A stretch of 64,000 nt of DNA from Lingula anatina. Taxonomy: Eukaryota; Animalia; Brachiopoda. Within the stretch, counting starts at the first letter, position 1, and every line of letters starts with the position of its first letter. The notes beneath the pieces were generated by a model. It ran no database searches and was not told the DNA's origin. It was given only the letters and a program-made list of their open reading frames with translations. Both the position numbers and the translations under genes were made by a program. Of the stretch, positions 26,601-40,200 are shown in pieces. The DNA lies in NCBI GenBank assembly GCA_051362555.1, contig CM120640.1, positions 10,416,001-10,480,000 of the forward strand. Reading direction: 5' to 3'.

Positions 26601-29600
26601 ACGTTCAGGTTATTACATGATGTGCACAAATATTTGAAATGAGAAGGGGTTAAATGATCAAATGGCATGGATGGGGCATATTACATTTTGTATATTATTT
26701 GATTGTTGTTTAAGATTTAAAGTTTTTTAAAGTCAGTTGTATTTTATTAAAGCAAACAGAAATTCTGGACAGCATCATCTTCATGGATTGTTTCATTGGT
26801 TGCTTATACAAGTCTGTTGGACAAGCTTGGAAAAAGAAAAAATATACATATAAAACCTCCTTACAGAAAAAAATCAGTCAAACCAACAACAGTTAAACAA
26901 CTTTTTCAACAACATTATGTTTACTTCAGTGTGACCTGCCGTCTGGAGCATATCTGGAAGAACTGGAAGAGGATGAGATCAACATTAATGAGGAGGGGGA
27001 GGTAGTGGAGCCACCCTCACAAAAGACAACACGAGAGAGAAAGAAAGAGAAGGGTGTGTTATATCTGAAATATTTTTCATAATGATTTAAAACAGTGATG
27101 TGGCAATTAACATGCTTAATTTGATCTTAAAACAGATGGAATTTTATAGACATAAATAAATTAGCATTGGGCAAAACTTACTTTATAATATGTGCATTGC
27201 TCATTCAGTTCAGACACCATTAGTAGCCACTGTTGGTTAACATGAGTGTTTTATTTTCAGTGAACTATGTTACCCTTCCTGATGCTGGCAAGATGGTGCC
27301 TCCTGCTGGAGAAGATTCTTTGGATGAAATTTCAGTTGATGCTGTGGAGTCAAAAGTAACAGTGCCTCAAAACGGAGACCTTATGCAAAGTGAACAGACA
27401 CTATCAGGAGGAGAGACATACTCTGCATTAAATTCAGATGTCACAAATAATGTCCAGCCTTTAACTCTAAAATTACGTACACGTCACAAGCGACGAAAAA
27501 ATATCAAGTCTGACTCTGCTGTATATCCCAGGATTAAAATCAAGCCTATAGATGGTGCTAGTGTAGCTCCTCCAGCCATCGATGAAGGTAGGCTTTTTGT
27601 ACTGATTTTGATAACACCTTTAATAGGACATTATGCAAACGTCTGCTTCTACATTTATTTTCTAATTATTATCTTTTAAAAAGATGTATTTCAGAACCTT
27701 ACATTTGTGCTTCTATCGATGTAATGGCTCTTGAATAATTGCTACTCCAACCCAGATGATTCATGATAGGCCTTAAAACCCAAATCTTGAAACAAAACTG
27801 ATGGAATAGATTTATTTCTATGACATCAGCTGAGATTTATGTGAAAATTTTCCAACCTGAAACTCGTGTTACTTGAAGACTTTTTTCTGTTCCAATAGGG
27901 TCCAATTATGCAGAGTATACTGTGTTTTCACATGTTTTATAATCAACGTTTGGTAATTATTTTGCCATAGGGGATTCAGCCCAAAGTGCCAGTTCATCAG
28001 CAAGCTCGCTGGCAAACATGGTGAATTCCACAGGAAATGCTGACACACCTCACAGTGTTACCAGATCGGCAGCCGCAGCAGCAGCTGCAGCCTCTAGCAC
28101 GTCAGCAGCCAGTCTACTGGGAATACCTAGCAGTGCTGCTAAAACACAGAGTCTCAGAGAACTGTTGTCTACTATACCTGGGTTCAGTATGAAGGTAGGT
28201 CACATAAGGTTGTTGGGTTTCATTGATATTATTGGGAAAGAAAAAAATATATATTTGGAAATTAATTTTCTTGGAAAGAATGTGTTTAGGTACTTGGCTT
28301 GGCAAATGTTTGAATTTTATGTGTATCAAGCTATTTTCAAAAAGATGTAATTACAATCAAATTCTGCCATAGAGTAAGGTTTATAGATGGTGATCAAATC
28401 TAGTAATTCTAGAAATCAGACTTGTACATTTCAACTGTATTTATATTTGGTGTCATGTTAAACATGAGACCAACTTTTACCAGGTGTGTTATGACCATGC
28501 TTTTGTGTAAAGCAGCATACATAGCTTTAAGTGTCTTATTTCTTTATAAGCAATAAGTGTCTCCTAAAATGTCATCTCATTATGCAACTCTGGATTGATC
28601 ATAAACATCAATTGCTACTGTGCATCCATATAAGTGAAGGAATATTGTATATTGCATTTCAGCCAAGGAAGAGAACTGGCAAAAAGCTCAGCCCAGCCGC
28701 CCAGCTAGAACAGACCAAAGAAGGCTGCATAGACTTGGAGACCCCAGATTCTATTCTCACCAATGTCAACTTGAGGGTAATTAAAGTGGCATGTTAATAC
28801 AAAAGGCATTTCAAATGTAAAATATGGTCATGAATTATGACTTGATAAATATCAAAATTGTTGTGATCATTCAGAAAAGAGCTTCATTCAGACATGGAAA
28901 ATGTAGTTTGGAATTAAATACAGAACATTTCACTTTTCTGTCGCTGGAGTTCAAAAATTGATCTAGATCTAGGATTTGTGCTTACATTGACAATGTTGTG
29001 AGGGTATTTTATAGCTATGATTTGTCACAATATTAAAGGGATAATAACTCTTCGTATGAGATCTATATTTCACAATAAAAACATTGTGAACAACTCATAG
29101 AAATTTAATATATTCTGTTTTACCACAAAAACGGCAGTTACAGCTGTTATTCTGATATCTGAGCTTGTCTTGAGACCACGTGACCTCCATTGATGGCTAT
29201 ACTCTGTTATAATCTCTTAAGAGATTTTAACAAAAAAACAAACCTCTTAGAAAAAAACCAGGGACTAACTTTGGATGTTAAAATGGATTCATTTACCATT
29301 GGTAAGTATGGGAAAATTGTTGTTTACTCCAGGAAAATTAATTTTTTGGCCAAAACGAAGAGTTATTATCCCTTTAATCCAGCCTGTGTCATAAGCATTT
29401 CAGTCCACTGGTTCTTTAAGCCACCAGGGTGTAAGAGTTTACTAGTAGCCCAAAACAAAAAAGGTGGCCAGTAACTGAATATATTTACAGAAATTAATTG
29501 GCCCAGCTCAAATTTTGTCAGTGTTTGACATGGGGCCAGTTTTAGCAGCACTGCTATTTTCCAGGCCTTGATCAACAAACATACGTTCACCATGCTACCT

Positions 29601-32600
29601 CCAGCCTACCAGTACAAACTGCTTCAGCTTCTGCCAGAATGTGACAAGACTGTCATGGCTGATGGTTCTTTGAGGCAAGTTTGCTCAATAGTGTAGTCCT
29701 GTTACAAGATTCACTCTTATGTATTCTCCAAGTGATATTTTACTGTTTTGCAATTTTCAATTCCTAGTGAACAAATTACTCATTTGGGTAAAACAGTGAA
29801 TATAATTCGTATACTGCCGAAAAAATATAATTTGGATCCTGTTTGCCAGTATTTGCCAGTAGGTGTCAATAGCTCTATGGAAAAAATTCTACTAGTTTTA
29901 CTGTTCTTATGTTTATCTTTTTATTCCAGACTGAGCAGCACTGCCTTAAACAATGAATTTTTCAATAAGGGATGTCACGAGTGGAGGGAGAGACTCTCAG
30001 AAGGTAAGGTTTAACAAAAAGAGAGTATTTCTGAAACAACAGCCAGAACAAATCAGAAACTTAAACAGATCAGGGAAATCATATGCTGTGTATTAGGTAT
30101 TAAGCAAATTCCTTTCAGAAAATTGAATGATTGGATTAAGTGCATATATACATTTATCCATTTTCAGGTGAATTCACCCCTGAAAACCAGCAGAGAATCA
30201 AAGTGGAAGAAGAGAAGGAACAGGCCAAGCTTGACCCATGGAAAGTGAAACACTTTGAACCAATCTGGGGCCAAAAGTAAGTGTCTCCTTAATTATTTGT
30301 TATGGGTTCGTTATAAACATTGTGTTGATTATAAACATAAATTGCTATTTTGCATTCATAACAGTGAAGGAACTCTTATTTCAAAGTTAAACAGTCTGCA
30401 AAGTTTTCCAATTTTTAAGCCCATATGATCATACTTTAAAAGCTGATTAGGGTTGTATTTATGGTTTTAATTTTTTTCTCATGCCACATTACTATTTCAG
30501 GCTTATCCGAGAACCTCAATCTACTCTGGCAGTGTCATCACCCATACTAGCTGCCCAACTCAAGGCTAGTGATGCCGTTCAGAATCCATTCATACCCACT
30601 GCAGTGAAAATTGGAAGTCCTGTCAAGAAAGCCAAACTGGTATCTACCATGTTGAAACAGAGGGCAATCTCCCAGACAGTGGCGGCATCTACTGGGCGTG
30701 TTACACAGAGATTGTCCTCTGGGACTGGTGTGTCTGCCAGAAAAACTGCTACAGCAACTATGGGTGGTCAAGGACATGATGTTACCATTATACACCATTT
30801 GAAAAGACCACCACTTTCAAGCAGTGGTAGTGTATCTGGCAGTCCTCCTAAGAAGGCCAAAGTAGGACCAAGCCAAGCAAAGACTCTAGCACAGATAAAA
30901 GCACAGACTCAAGCTGCAAAGTTGCAGCGAGCGCAAAACCACCAACAACAGCATCATAATTATGCTGTGGTTCAACCATCGCATGCTCCACATGTGCCAC
31001 GTATTTTAGCACGTAGCCAGGGCCAGACACGAACACTGGCTCAGATTAAGGCACAAACAGCTGAGAAAAAACAACTTCAACTTCAGTTGCAGCAGCAACA
31101 AACTGTACAGATACAGCAACCAGAAACAAGTCAGGTGCAGCAACCAGCGACGGCCAACAGTCAAGTTATTGCCAGTTCTTTATCAAGTTTGGTGTCACAA
31201 CCTGTGACTACTGTTGTGGTGACAACTTCACCTCCTAGTAATCCACAGGGACACACAAGAACTCTAGCTCAGATTAAAGCACAGAACAGGGCTAAGATGC
31301 AGGCCAGAACTACTCATATTGTTCATCCACCAGCAACTCCAGTATCAGCAACAATACAACAACCACAACAGCAGCAAGCTGCTACACAGCCAGTACAGAA
31401 GGTTGTCACAGTATCCACCCAGCCCACCTTTATAGTGACAACCACACAAAGTAAAAGCCCAAATCGCCCTGCTGATCGAGCCAGAGTGGTGACAATCAGT
31501 AATAAACTTATGAAACCAGATGAAATTGCATCAGGCCCAGGAGTTAACTTGGAGAGATCCTATGCAATATGTCAGGCTGTGTTACAGAAAAGTATGGTGT
31601 CAATTCTCAGTAAACCTGGTGATGATACACAACAGCAGCAACAACAGCGCCCTGAAGATGACATGGCTGGGGAACAGTCCCGCCCTGAAACCCCAAGATC
31701 TGTAGTAGTTGTTACACAATCTGGTAAAATGGTGATGTCATCCTCGTCCACAGCAGATATACAGGGTGCTAATCACAACAAAGCTGCATCATTGTCATCA
31801 CTGTCATCTTCCTCATTATCAACATTAGCGTCATCGTTGTCAGCTTCAGCACAGGTGGGCGGCTCTCTGTCTCAGTCAACGACAACTCATGCGGGCGGAA
31901 CTATAACCCTAGTGCAAAACTCTAAAGCGCAGCAGTTGAAGGCTACAGCTGTCCAAAAAACAACACCATTAATGCAGGCCACAAAGCCACAGCCTATGAC
32001 AGTAGCCAAAATGTTGGAGCAGCAACAGCAACAAGGAGGGCAGCTTCAGCATAAAACTACAGTATCTGGGAACAGTAACAATGGTGTTATATTAAAGCAG
32101 TTGAAAGGTATTCCATCTGGTGCTGTCATTACCAGTGGGAATGGTAATATTGACACCAAAGGAAATATCATTGTGACAAGTGTGGGTGGAACTAAGATTT
32201 TGTCTTTGGGGTCAAAACAGAACACCCTCAGTGCCTTACTGGCAGATTCTAAAAATCCCCAGATGCTGATTAAACCTGGAGGAAGTAATGGAAGTAAGGT
32301 GGCCACTACTCCCACTAGCAGTGCCACAACCACAAGTGCTCTCAGTGCACTTCTCAAATCACAACCAGCAAATCTCACTTTTGTGGCCTCAAAAAATGGG
32401 GGACAGTTAAGAGGGCCCTCTGGTAGTCAAATAACAGTAACTGGAAAAAGCCCAACAGGTGCAGCATCGCAGCTGCAGAACCTTGCGGCTTCTTCTAACT
32501 TGGCCAATGCCCAGGCTTTGTCTAATATAACAGGGTTTCAGGTTGCTGGGGGAGGCAATGGTTCCAACCTACCACACAGTCTTTTCATAGGTGGAAACAA

Positions 32601-32952
32601 TGTACAGAGGACTAATACCACCCTGGCTGCTATCCCAGGAACAAATAATGTGGCTCTGATCACTAGCTCTAGCAATGGAACTGTTACATTTATCCCTAGC
32701 TCTACACCTGTTCAGATGCTGCTGCAGCAGGGTGGGACAGTATCATCCAGTGTACATCTGGCGGTGGAATCTCCAACTGTCTCTACTGTAGCTTCTACAA
32801 ATGGAACCACAACTACGTCAAACTCATCTCAGCCATCTAAATGTGCATGCAACCTTAAAGCTATGGTCATGTGTCAAAAATGTGGTGCTTTCTGCCATGA
32901 TGATTGCATAGGCCCATCCAAACTTTGTGTCACTTGTTTGATTACTACGTAA
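23650..32952 (+). CDS. ASXL: Polycomb group protein ASXL/Additional sex combs (HARE-HTH, DEUBAD, ASXM1-like helices, C-terminal PHD)
   Basis: Exons 23650-23724, 24499-24581, [25047-25049], 26459-26567, 26930-27053, 27261-27587, 27971-28194, 28663-28776, 29565-29674, 29930-30003, 30168-30276, 30501-32952. [149 protein letters not shown]. Confidence 0.96.
25047..25049 (+). other. Candidate 3-nt microexon (AAG) of ASXL
   Basis: Context ..cttctctcttttgcatgacttttcatggaacgcttag|AAG|gtaaag. Inclusion converts KDISGTTP to KDIRSGTTP. Confidence 0.65.
29037..29373. mobile_element. Kolobok-like MITE (337 bp) in an ASXL intron
   Basis: Perfect 19-bp terminal inverted repeat AGGGATAATAACTCTTCGT / ACGAAGAGTTATTATCCCT, flanked by TTAA at 29033-29036 and 29374-29377. 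Purine-purine (AG) termini favour Kolobok over piggyBac (CCC). Confidence 0.8.
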
Positions 32953-35900
32953 CATGAGACTACATGGCATAGTATCACAATATTATTTTCAGTTATGTGT
33001 TGTTTGTTTTGACATGTTAACAGCACAGGGGTGCAAATAAAAAAGACGTTTTTCACCTCTTGTTTTCAAAGTATAAAATACATTTAACAGATTTCCAAAT
33101 ACCTTTGTGTATCTTAGTAATGTATTGTGCAATTTGGAGAATTTTTTTTATGAAGGATGTTGACATGGGGAACCAACACATATCTTAATTGCTATTTGTT
33201 GGTTGGACAAGAATAATTTAACAATAATACCTTTGCATAATAATATTGGAATCAAACAACTAAAATACTTAATCACAGTCTACATACCTCACTGTCATTA
33301 GCAAAGGCATGCAGTCATTGCAATTAAAATTATGGTTATTCCCAGTTGGGGTGTGTAGATTATTTATTTATGATCATGGGGTTAAAATACCATCTGGTTT
33401 GAATCTTAGTCATGGGTAAGGTGGGAGTGATCTTACACCTATTTAAATTTGTGTTTGATTTGATTTTGGAGTTGATTTAAAGCCAGGTGCCCAGCCTTGA
33501 CAGGTAAACCTGCATGTAAAATGAACTGATGATCTATTTTAGCAAGTATAAGTATCCAGGGTGTTTCTAGTATTCATTGTCTTTAGTTTCATTCAGTGTG
33601 ATTATTTCACAGTTGAGAATAGCATTGTTTGTATGAAAATTCTCAAAATGTACTGGTAACGGAATTGGGTCATATGATTTTACATATAAGATATTGAAAA
33701 GTTAAATTAATGACAGTCATGTAATTGCACATTTATATTACTTACAATCTAAACGGATGCACTGTTGAAGCTGTCAACACTTCCATATTAAATTTGAATT
33801 TAAGCAAAATAACCTTTCAGAAAAAAGTAGAAAAATGTCAGCCAGACATTGGGTATCTTAAACAGTATTTTCAAAAGTATCAACGTAACAAAGCAAAATT
33901 GTACTTGTCGTTTTGAGATTTTGTTTACAATTTACTGTGAACAAACAAAAAGACTTAGACACCCTGGATATGAGTAAAGCAATGTATAATATCGTGTAAA
34001 TTTAACGTATTTATAATCCTGTTGAAACATTTGTTGTTAATAAACAAATTTGTAAATGAGTATTCTTTTCTTCTCTTTTGACCCCACAGATTGGAAAATA
34101 AATGACACTGTTGTCACAATTTGGTTGAAAAAATTATCAGACCAGTAGAATCGCTCTCATCTATCGCAACTCTGCAAACACCAAGGCCAACTTCTATTGC
34201 ATGCAAGTGCGCCAGTAACCCTGTAGTCTCTCCTATGCTACCAATATTTTTTTATAGTTCGATGGGGACCCAGGTCAAATTTAGCATGGGTCCCATCTTG
34301 GGCAACGTGATAAATCCACGGTGTGCGCTAATTACCGCAGAAATATTGCATACAAGAGGCCTTTTATTTGGTTTCGGCCCATTCCGCTGTTGAAGCCGAA
34401 GTCTACACTAAGAACGTGTGTGTGTGAATCCCTTCAATGTTTGGAGTTGTTTTGATGTCATTTGACAACTCCGAAATGGCTATCAACAGCTAGACATATA
34501 TTGCTTTTCACTGAAACTGATTAAAAATTTTGAATTGTTTCACTTTTCAGACACAAAATTAGAGATAACAACAAACTGAAACTGTTTAATTGCTTCAGAT
34601 CTCAACACTAAAGTTATGTATGAGATTCTAGGCTATAAAAAGGTTTTATAAGATGGCCGTCAATATTGCCCTGCTCTAAAATCGCCCACATTGTGATATT
34701 GCCATTACGTCCCCCTAAAAGTAAGACCTAGTGTACCCTTATATTTAGCTGTTTTGCTTTTCAAACATCATAAATTAAAAATTTATTTCGTCTACCGACC
34801 TTGTTTAAACAGAGTCCCCGCTCGATAACCAACTTATCAATTTTGTCTGGCCTTATAGTGTGGCTTATTACTTTTGTTGCGTTGCCTTTTACAAACAGTG
34901 TATGAGGCTCGACATTTGCATTCTTTAGTACATTTTGTGTGAAATAAATCAATCTTTTCCTTTGAATAATACAGAATGGAAATATAATTTGCTTTGCTAC
35001 GAACATATGCTGCGTTTTCATATTACATCACCCTGACTTGGGTCGCTTGACATGGAGCTGTTGTCAACATGGCAATATATATATATATATATAATGCTGA
35101 AACGAGAACGTTTTTTTAAGGGAAGTATGTGCATAGGAAAAAAGGTCGGAAAATGAACAATGTGGACTTTTTCATGGTGACTTAATGATACACGTAATGC
35201 TGAAAGGTTGAATAAAAGACGTGCCTGTTATCACGTCGTGGGTTTGTCGGGCTGCATTCATACCTACTGTCATCCTTTACATTGTTAGTTTGAAAAGCCA
35301 TTCAGCTTAGTAAATCCTTGTAGATTAAAAAGAGTGTATTGCACTCCAGAAATACAATACCAGCCGATTGATTGATTTATCGTTTCTTAGTACCATTTTA
35401 TGAATATATTTATAAAGATATGGTACTTCATTGGATTTTTCTTGTCTTTTCCTTTGAACGCGGAAGATGTCCTCCAGCGATCCATGATAGGGTAGTAGTT
35501 TGACACTGATTCGTAAAATGTGATATTTTGAATGAAATTGATTTCAGAATTGATTTGGTTGCCGTATCTTCAAACCAAGATAAGTTAGCGCGTAAAATGT
35601 TGAAATAACAGAACCAGAGCCGAGGAAAAGCAAATTTCTTATGATAAGGCTTTGATGCCTATATCTTAAACGTGGTGATTTTATCTTATTTTCAACCCAG
35701 TTCATGTAATACAGTTTGATAACAGTTCGATGAAGTGATCGCTAAAAGTCGTTGTTATCTTAGGCATGTTAAAAGCTATGTTGTTAGAACACCCGGGAAA
35801 CCAGGCACTGTATCCTCCTGTTTGCATCCACACTTTACCGGCACAATACGGTCTTGGCCCTAGGGTCCTGTCTGTGGGGAACATCGAAAATAAAAGTTTG

Positions 35901-37266
35901 AACTTAATACCGGTTAGAATCACAAGCTGTCCGCTGCGTTTTCAATGTATTTAGTAGACCGTTCTACTATTTCTTATAATTACAATTCAAATTGAGATTT
36001 AATGATGTCTATGGGAGTCAATTTTGGGATTAGTTATCGAGAGCAAAAGGTCGATAGTTTCAATGTTTTCAGTGAAAACCCGATCCCTTTTGTCCACCGC
36101 TCCATTCCCCCAAGATCCCTGTTGACTTAGCGCAGATAAATGGACCGCAGATTACTGTCGATATTTATTGTGTGTTCGTTATTCACTGGTCGTAATTACT
36201 AGATATTATTACTTTAACAGATTTGAATTGTTGCTCGGGGCTGGAGACTTAAAGGGAGTGAGTTATAATTGGTTTTCGTCTGTTTCTAAAATGTAAACGG
36301 ATGGTGAAACAATTGTCCGAATTCGTTAAAATATTCTCTGAACTAAGCAGCAAAAACTTATCACCATTTAAAGTTTTGAGTTTGGAATCTAACAGATGGT
36401 GGTTGTTCTTTAAGACGTCATAAATAAGGAATACATGTCGTTTAACATTACGCACTCGTTCGTTACTGGGAAATTGATCATTAAGAAAACTTGGAACTAA
36501 TAATAAATCCGTTAAACAAATACATTCCTTGGATAATAATTGTGCGCTTTTAATATCGTGGTAACCTAACTGTGCCCTGTGTTCTAAATAAATCTTTAAA
36601 AGATTGGCTTGTTTCCTATACTACGGTAGCTTTCCGTACATATCCATTAGGCCTTGGAATCTGTATATTCCATTTTCCGGAGTGTCGGTCTATTCTTCAG
36701 TTCTATTTTTTCAAAGGTGTACCTCAGCAATGCAATCGGAAATCGAGAGCCAGCAGAAAACCATTGCCTGTAAGAGATCAATAATTGTTGCTAAACAGGT
36801 AATTGGACCGGGCTTATGTTGACATGAAACTGTCCGACCAGAAAACGCTGGTGCGAGTTCGCTAACATTACAGAGTTCATTTGTTTGTTTGTTTTTTATC
36901 ATATCATTCCGACTGTTTGCCGACTTTGGCGCACATGTCAAAGAGCAACACACAATAGTGAACTAGTAAAAGGTATTATATTCACGTAGTCTTTTTTACT
37001 CCGACATGGTGACCTCCGGTTGGCAAGGTAACTGTATACAACAATTCAGCCTTTACCCGGATCTTTTTCCGGCCTATTTGTAGAATAGGGTCCACTGGGA
37101 TAGACGTCTGTCGAGAATTATTCTTGGATCCACACTTGAACGCGTTGGTTACAACACTTGAAGACAAAGATATACAGCGCTTATATTTCAGATAAAGGGA
37201 TGATTAATAAGAGATGAAGACAGCGGTGGATGGTGTAGCGGCGTCAAAACGACAAACAAGAACAAA

Positions 37267-40200
37267 ATGATGATGGCAAATAGCCGAGAGACTACTGATG
37301 TTGGAGGAAGCGGTCTCGGTGATAGGACACGAGTAGCGTGGATTAAAGAGACGGTATGTAAAGAGGGGAGGAGACCGTTCGTTGTGACATAAGAATGAGG
37401 GCTTTAATCAAAAGCAGAGAGAGAGAGAGAGAGTACAGAAACAGCTGACACCCATAACTAACGTTAATGCGTGTTAACAAAATTGTGTTTTTTCTATACG
37501 TTCTTCTTTGGGTGCAATAAAAAGACCAAAGATTAAGACATTGTATTCTACGTTAAGTAACGGTTTCAAATTTTTCAGTATACATTAGATAATTTTTGTC
37601 CATAAGGAGTGGTTGAGACATTTTTTGTTTGCCATGCACGGGTATAGTCCATGATATACCGTGCATTCTCATTCATTGGGGACATGTTAATGCCATATTG
37701 AGTTACTTGGTTAGAGTTTTATAAGTACCCATGGGCTATCAATCCTTTATTTAATCAGTCGAATTTGAAGTCTCCCCATTGATAAGATGGCCTTGTGTTA
37801 TGGCAACGCCGCACCTGTCGCCTTTTTTGATGAACTGGTGTATCAAACGAGGTCGTTTACAAATGTAGGTAGTCATCTCTATATGTTGTACAAGTTAGCT
37901 AATTGCACGTAGTTAAATCGATTTTATTAGTTTATGCAGGTGTGCCATCTTATCATCCCCTTTATTTCAACTTATTGTGGAACGATCCTTTTATGATCTA
38001 AAAAAATGAACAAGAATTTTCCAATGTTTTTAATGAATGCCTGACACATACAAAGTACGTAAAGACCCGACTTAACTCTAAAACATTCGTTTTGGCTTTT
38101 CAAACCTAAATATACTGTACGTGCATCATGTTTGCATTAGCTTGGCATCATTTGGCGTCTTAGGAGATCTTAGAGTTTATACTTGAACTAATAACCATCT
38201 CTTGGTTACAATGGTATACAGGGTGCTATGACCCACTCACACGATCTCACGTCTTAGCTGCAAAGCTATGGATTAGTTTTGATACATTTGAATTACCAGC
38301 AGAAGGCCTATACTGTTGTGTTCTCCCCCTCCTAACTCTCCCAACTCTCTCTCTCTCTCTCTCTGTTGTAGATTATATCATTGCACGTTTACTGTTTAGT
38401 AACATTAGAAGCTGTACATTTAATACCGCAATCATTACGCTATTGATTATAAATCTGTTGGAATGCCTCACTTCAATGACTTTTCACAATTGAACCCCTC
38501 ACAGATACCACATGCTAGTAACATAACTAAGATCTTAAGGGACATGGACCTTTTGAAAGCTTTTTTTACTTTATATAGAAATTCGTAGAGCATTGAAAGA
38601 TTATACTGTAAACGAAAATAAAAAAAATAGCTATTGCTATGTGAAGTTTTGAAGAATTCATGACAATTTCGGTACACGAAAAATTGATAAATGGAAACCC
38701 ACAAGAAGCAAAATCTAAGCACGAGTTCATGCCTTCTTGAAGTCCCGATCTGCCCTCCCTGATCCAATGCCACCCACTTTAAATCCCAAGTCTTTTGAAT
38801 ATTTGAGATTTTGACTTTTTGCAATGTGCCTTTTTCAAATTCACTGTCTAGTTGGAAAACATCGTTTTTTATTTACTAAAAGTAAAGTGTATTGAAGCAT
38901 GCAACAGAGTATGGCATTCGGTTTATAAGTGAGCATAATCAGTAGGCCTACAGGTCTTAAAAGACAAATTCCGTACGTCAGTAATTTTGACCTTTGAGTA
39001 TAACTAAGACTGCTTATTTGATGGTGTCATTTAACATTTTAGCACATTTCGCCCGTAGAACTAGGGCGTAAAGTTTTCGAAGATATTTTTATCAACATTA
39101 TCATAAACAAATGTTGCACGTGCTGGTACTGGCCTACGTCTTGCCGCAGATATTTCCTTTTGCCTTTTTCAAGTATTTATTTCTGCTAGCCTTTTCCTAG
39201 TTGATCACATTTCCAATTGAACCCTTTTTTGGGAGGTGGGGGGGGGGGTGTTTATTTTTGTCCTGTGATGGTTTAGATCTTGATAAATGTATTCAATTTT
39301 TCATAAACTTAATTTATCCCTAATACGACAATACAGCTTAGGTATGGTTTGAGCTAACGCCGCATGTTTTTTCGCCTTCTTTATTCTTATAAGATGAATA
39401 CAGCGGTAAACAATATAAATATTTGTAATCAAACATGTGAATATTTACCTTAAATTCACAGTGATCAACACATCTAAGTAATCTATTGGACCCATATGAG
39501 AGAACTCATAAGTTCTCCAGAGCCGAAAGCCTATTGAACGTCGCGTACTATTAACATTTTGAAAGTGAACGACAAGATTTCGTGCATGACGAACATCCAA
39601 TGGCTCAGAACTTGTTTGAAGAAATTCTGAAAGTATACGCTGAGTACATCTTATTGCGATACTATGTCTATAGACAATTGTAAAATCATGGGAACCTTGA
39701 CGAGGTTCCTCATTGATCGAACAAGTTATCTACATTATCGATGTCAGAAAAGTCAATGTAAATGATTCGTACACATGGCTAATTTTTCTGAAGCTTTCCT
39801 TTTTCACAAGAGGTATCGGATATGACGATTGCTTTTTATGAATTTATTAAAGGCAAGATTAAACAAAGACAAGAAGTTTATACAGAGGCAAGGGAGAGTA
39901 ATTTATCTGGTGCGACATTGTTGTTAGTGATGAGAAGTGTTTGGCATTGCGTTATCGAGTCACTATTGCCTCAGCAGCGTCGCGCCCAGTGTTTGATGAA
40001 TTGGGATCACTTTCAATAATGAATTGCTTTTGGATGTTATAGCAATTTTCAAAGTCAAATATACAGAGTAATGTCAGGCTAGTGACTATGTTATGTTGAA
40101 ATACTGTTTTATTCGCACGATCACATCCCCCCAACTCTTGTCACTGTGACCGGCGTCTCTCCCTCTCTCATTCAGTAGGATGTAATATTTCTAGTTCAGC

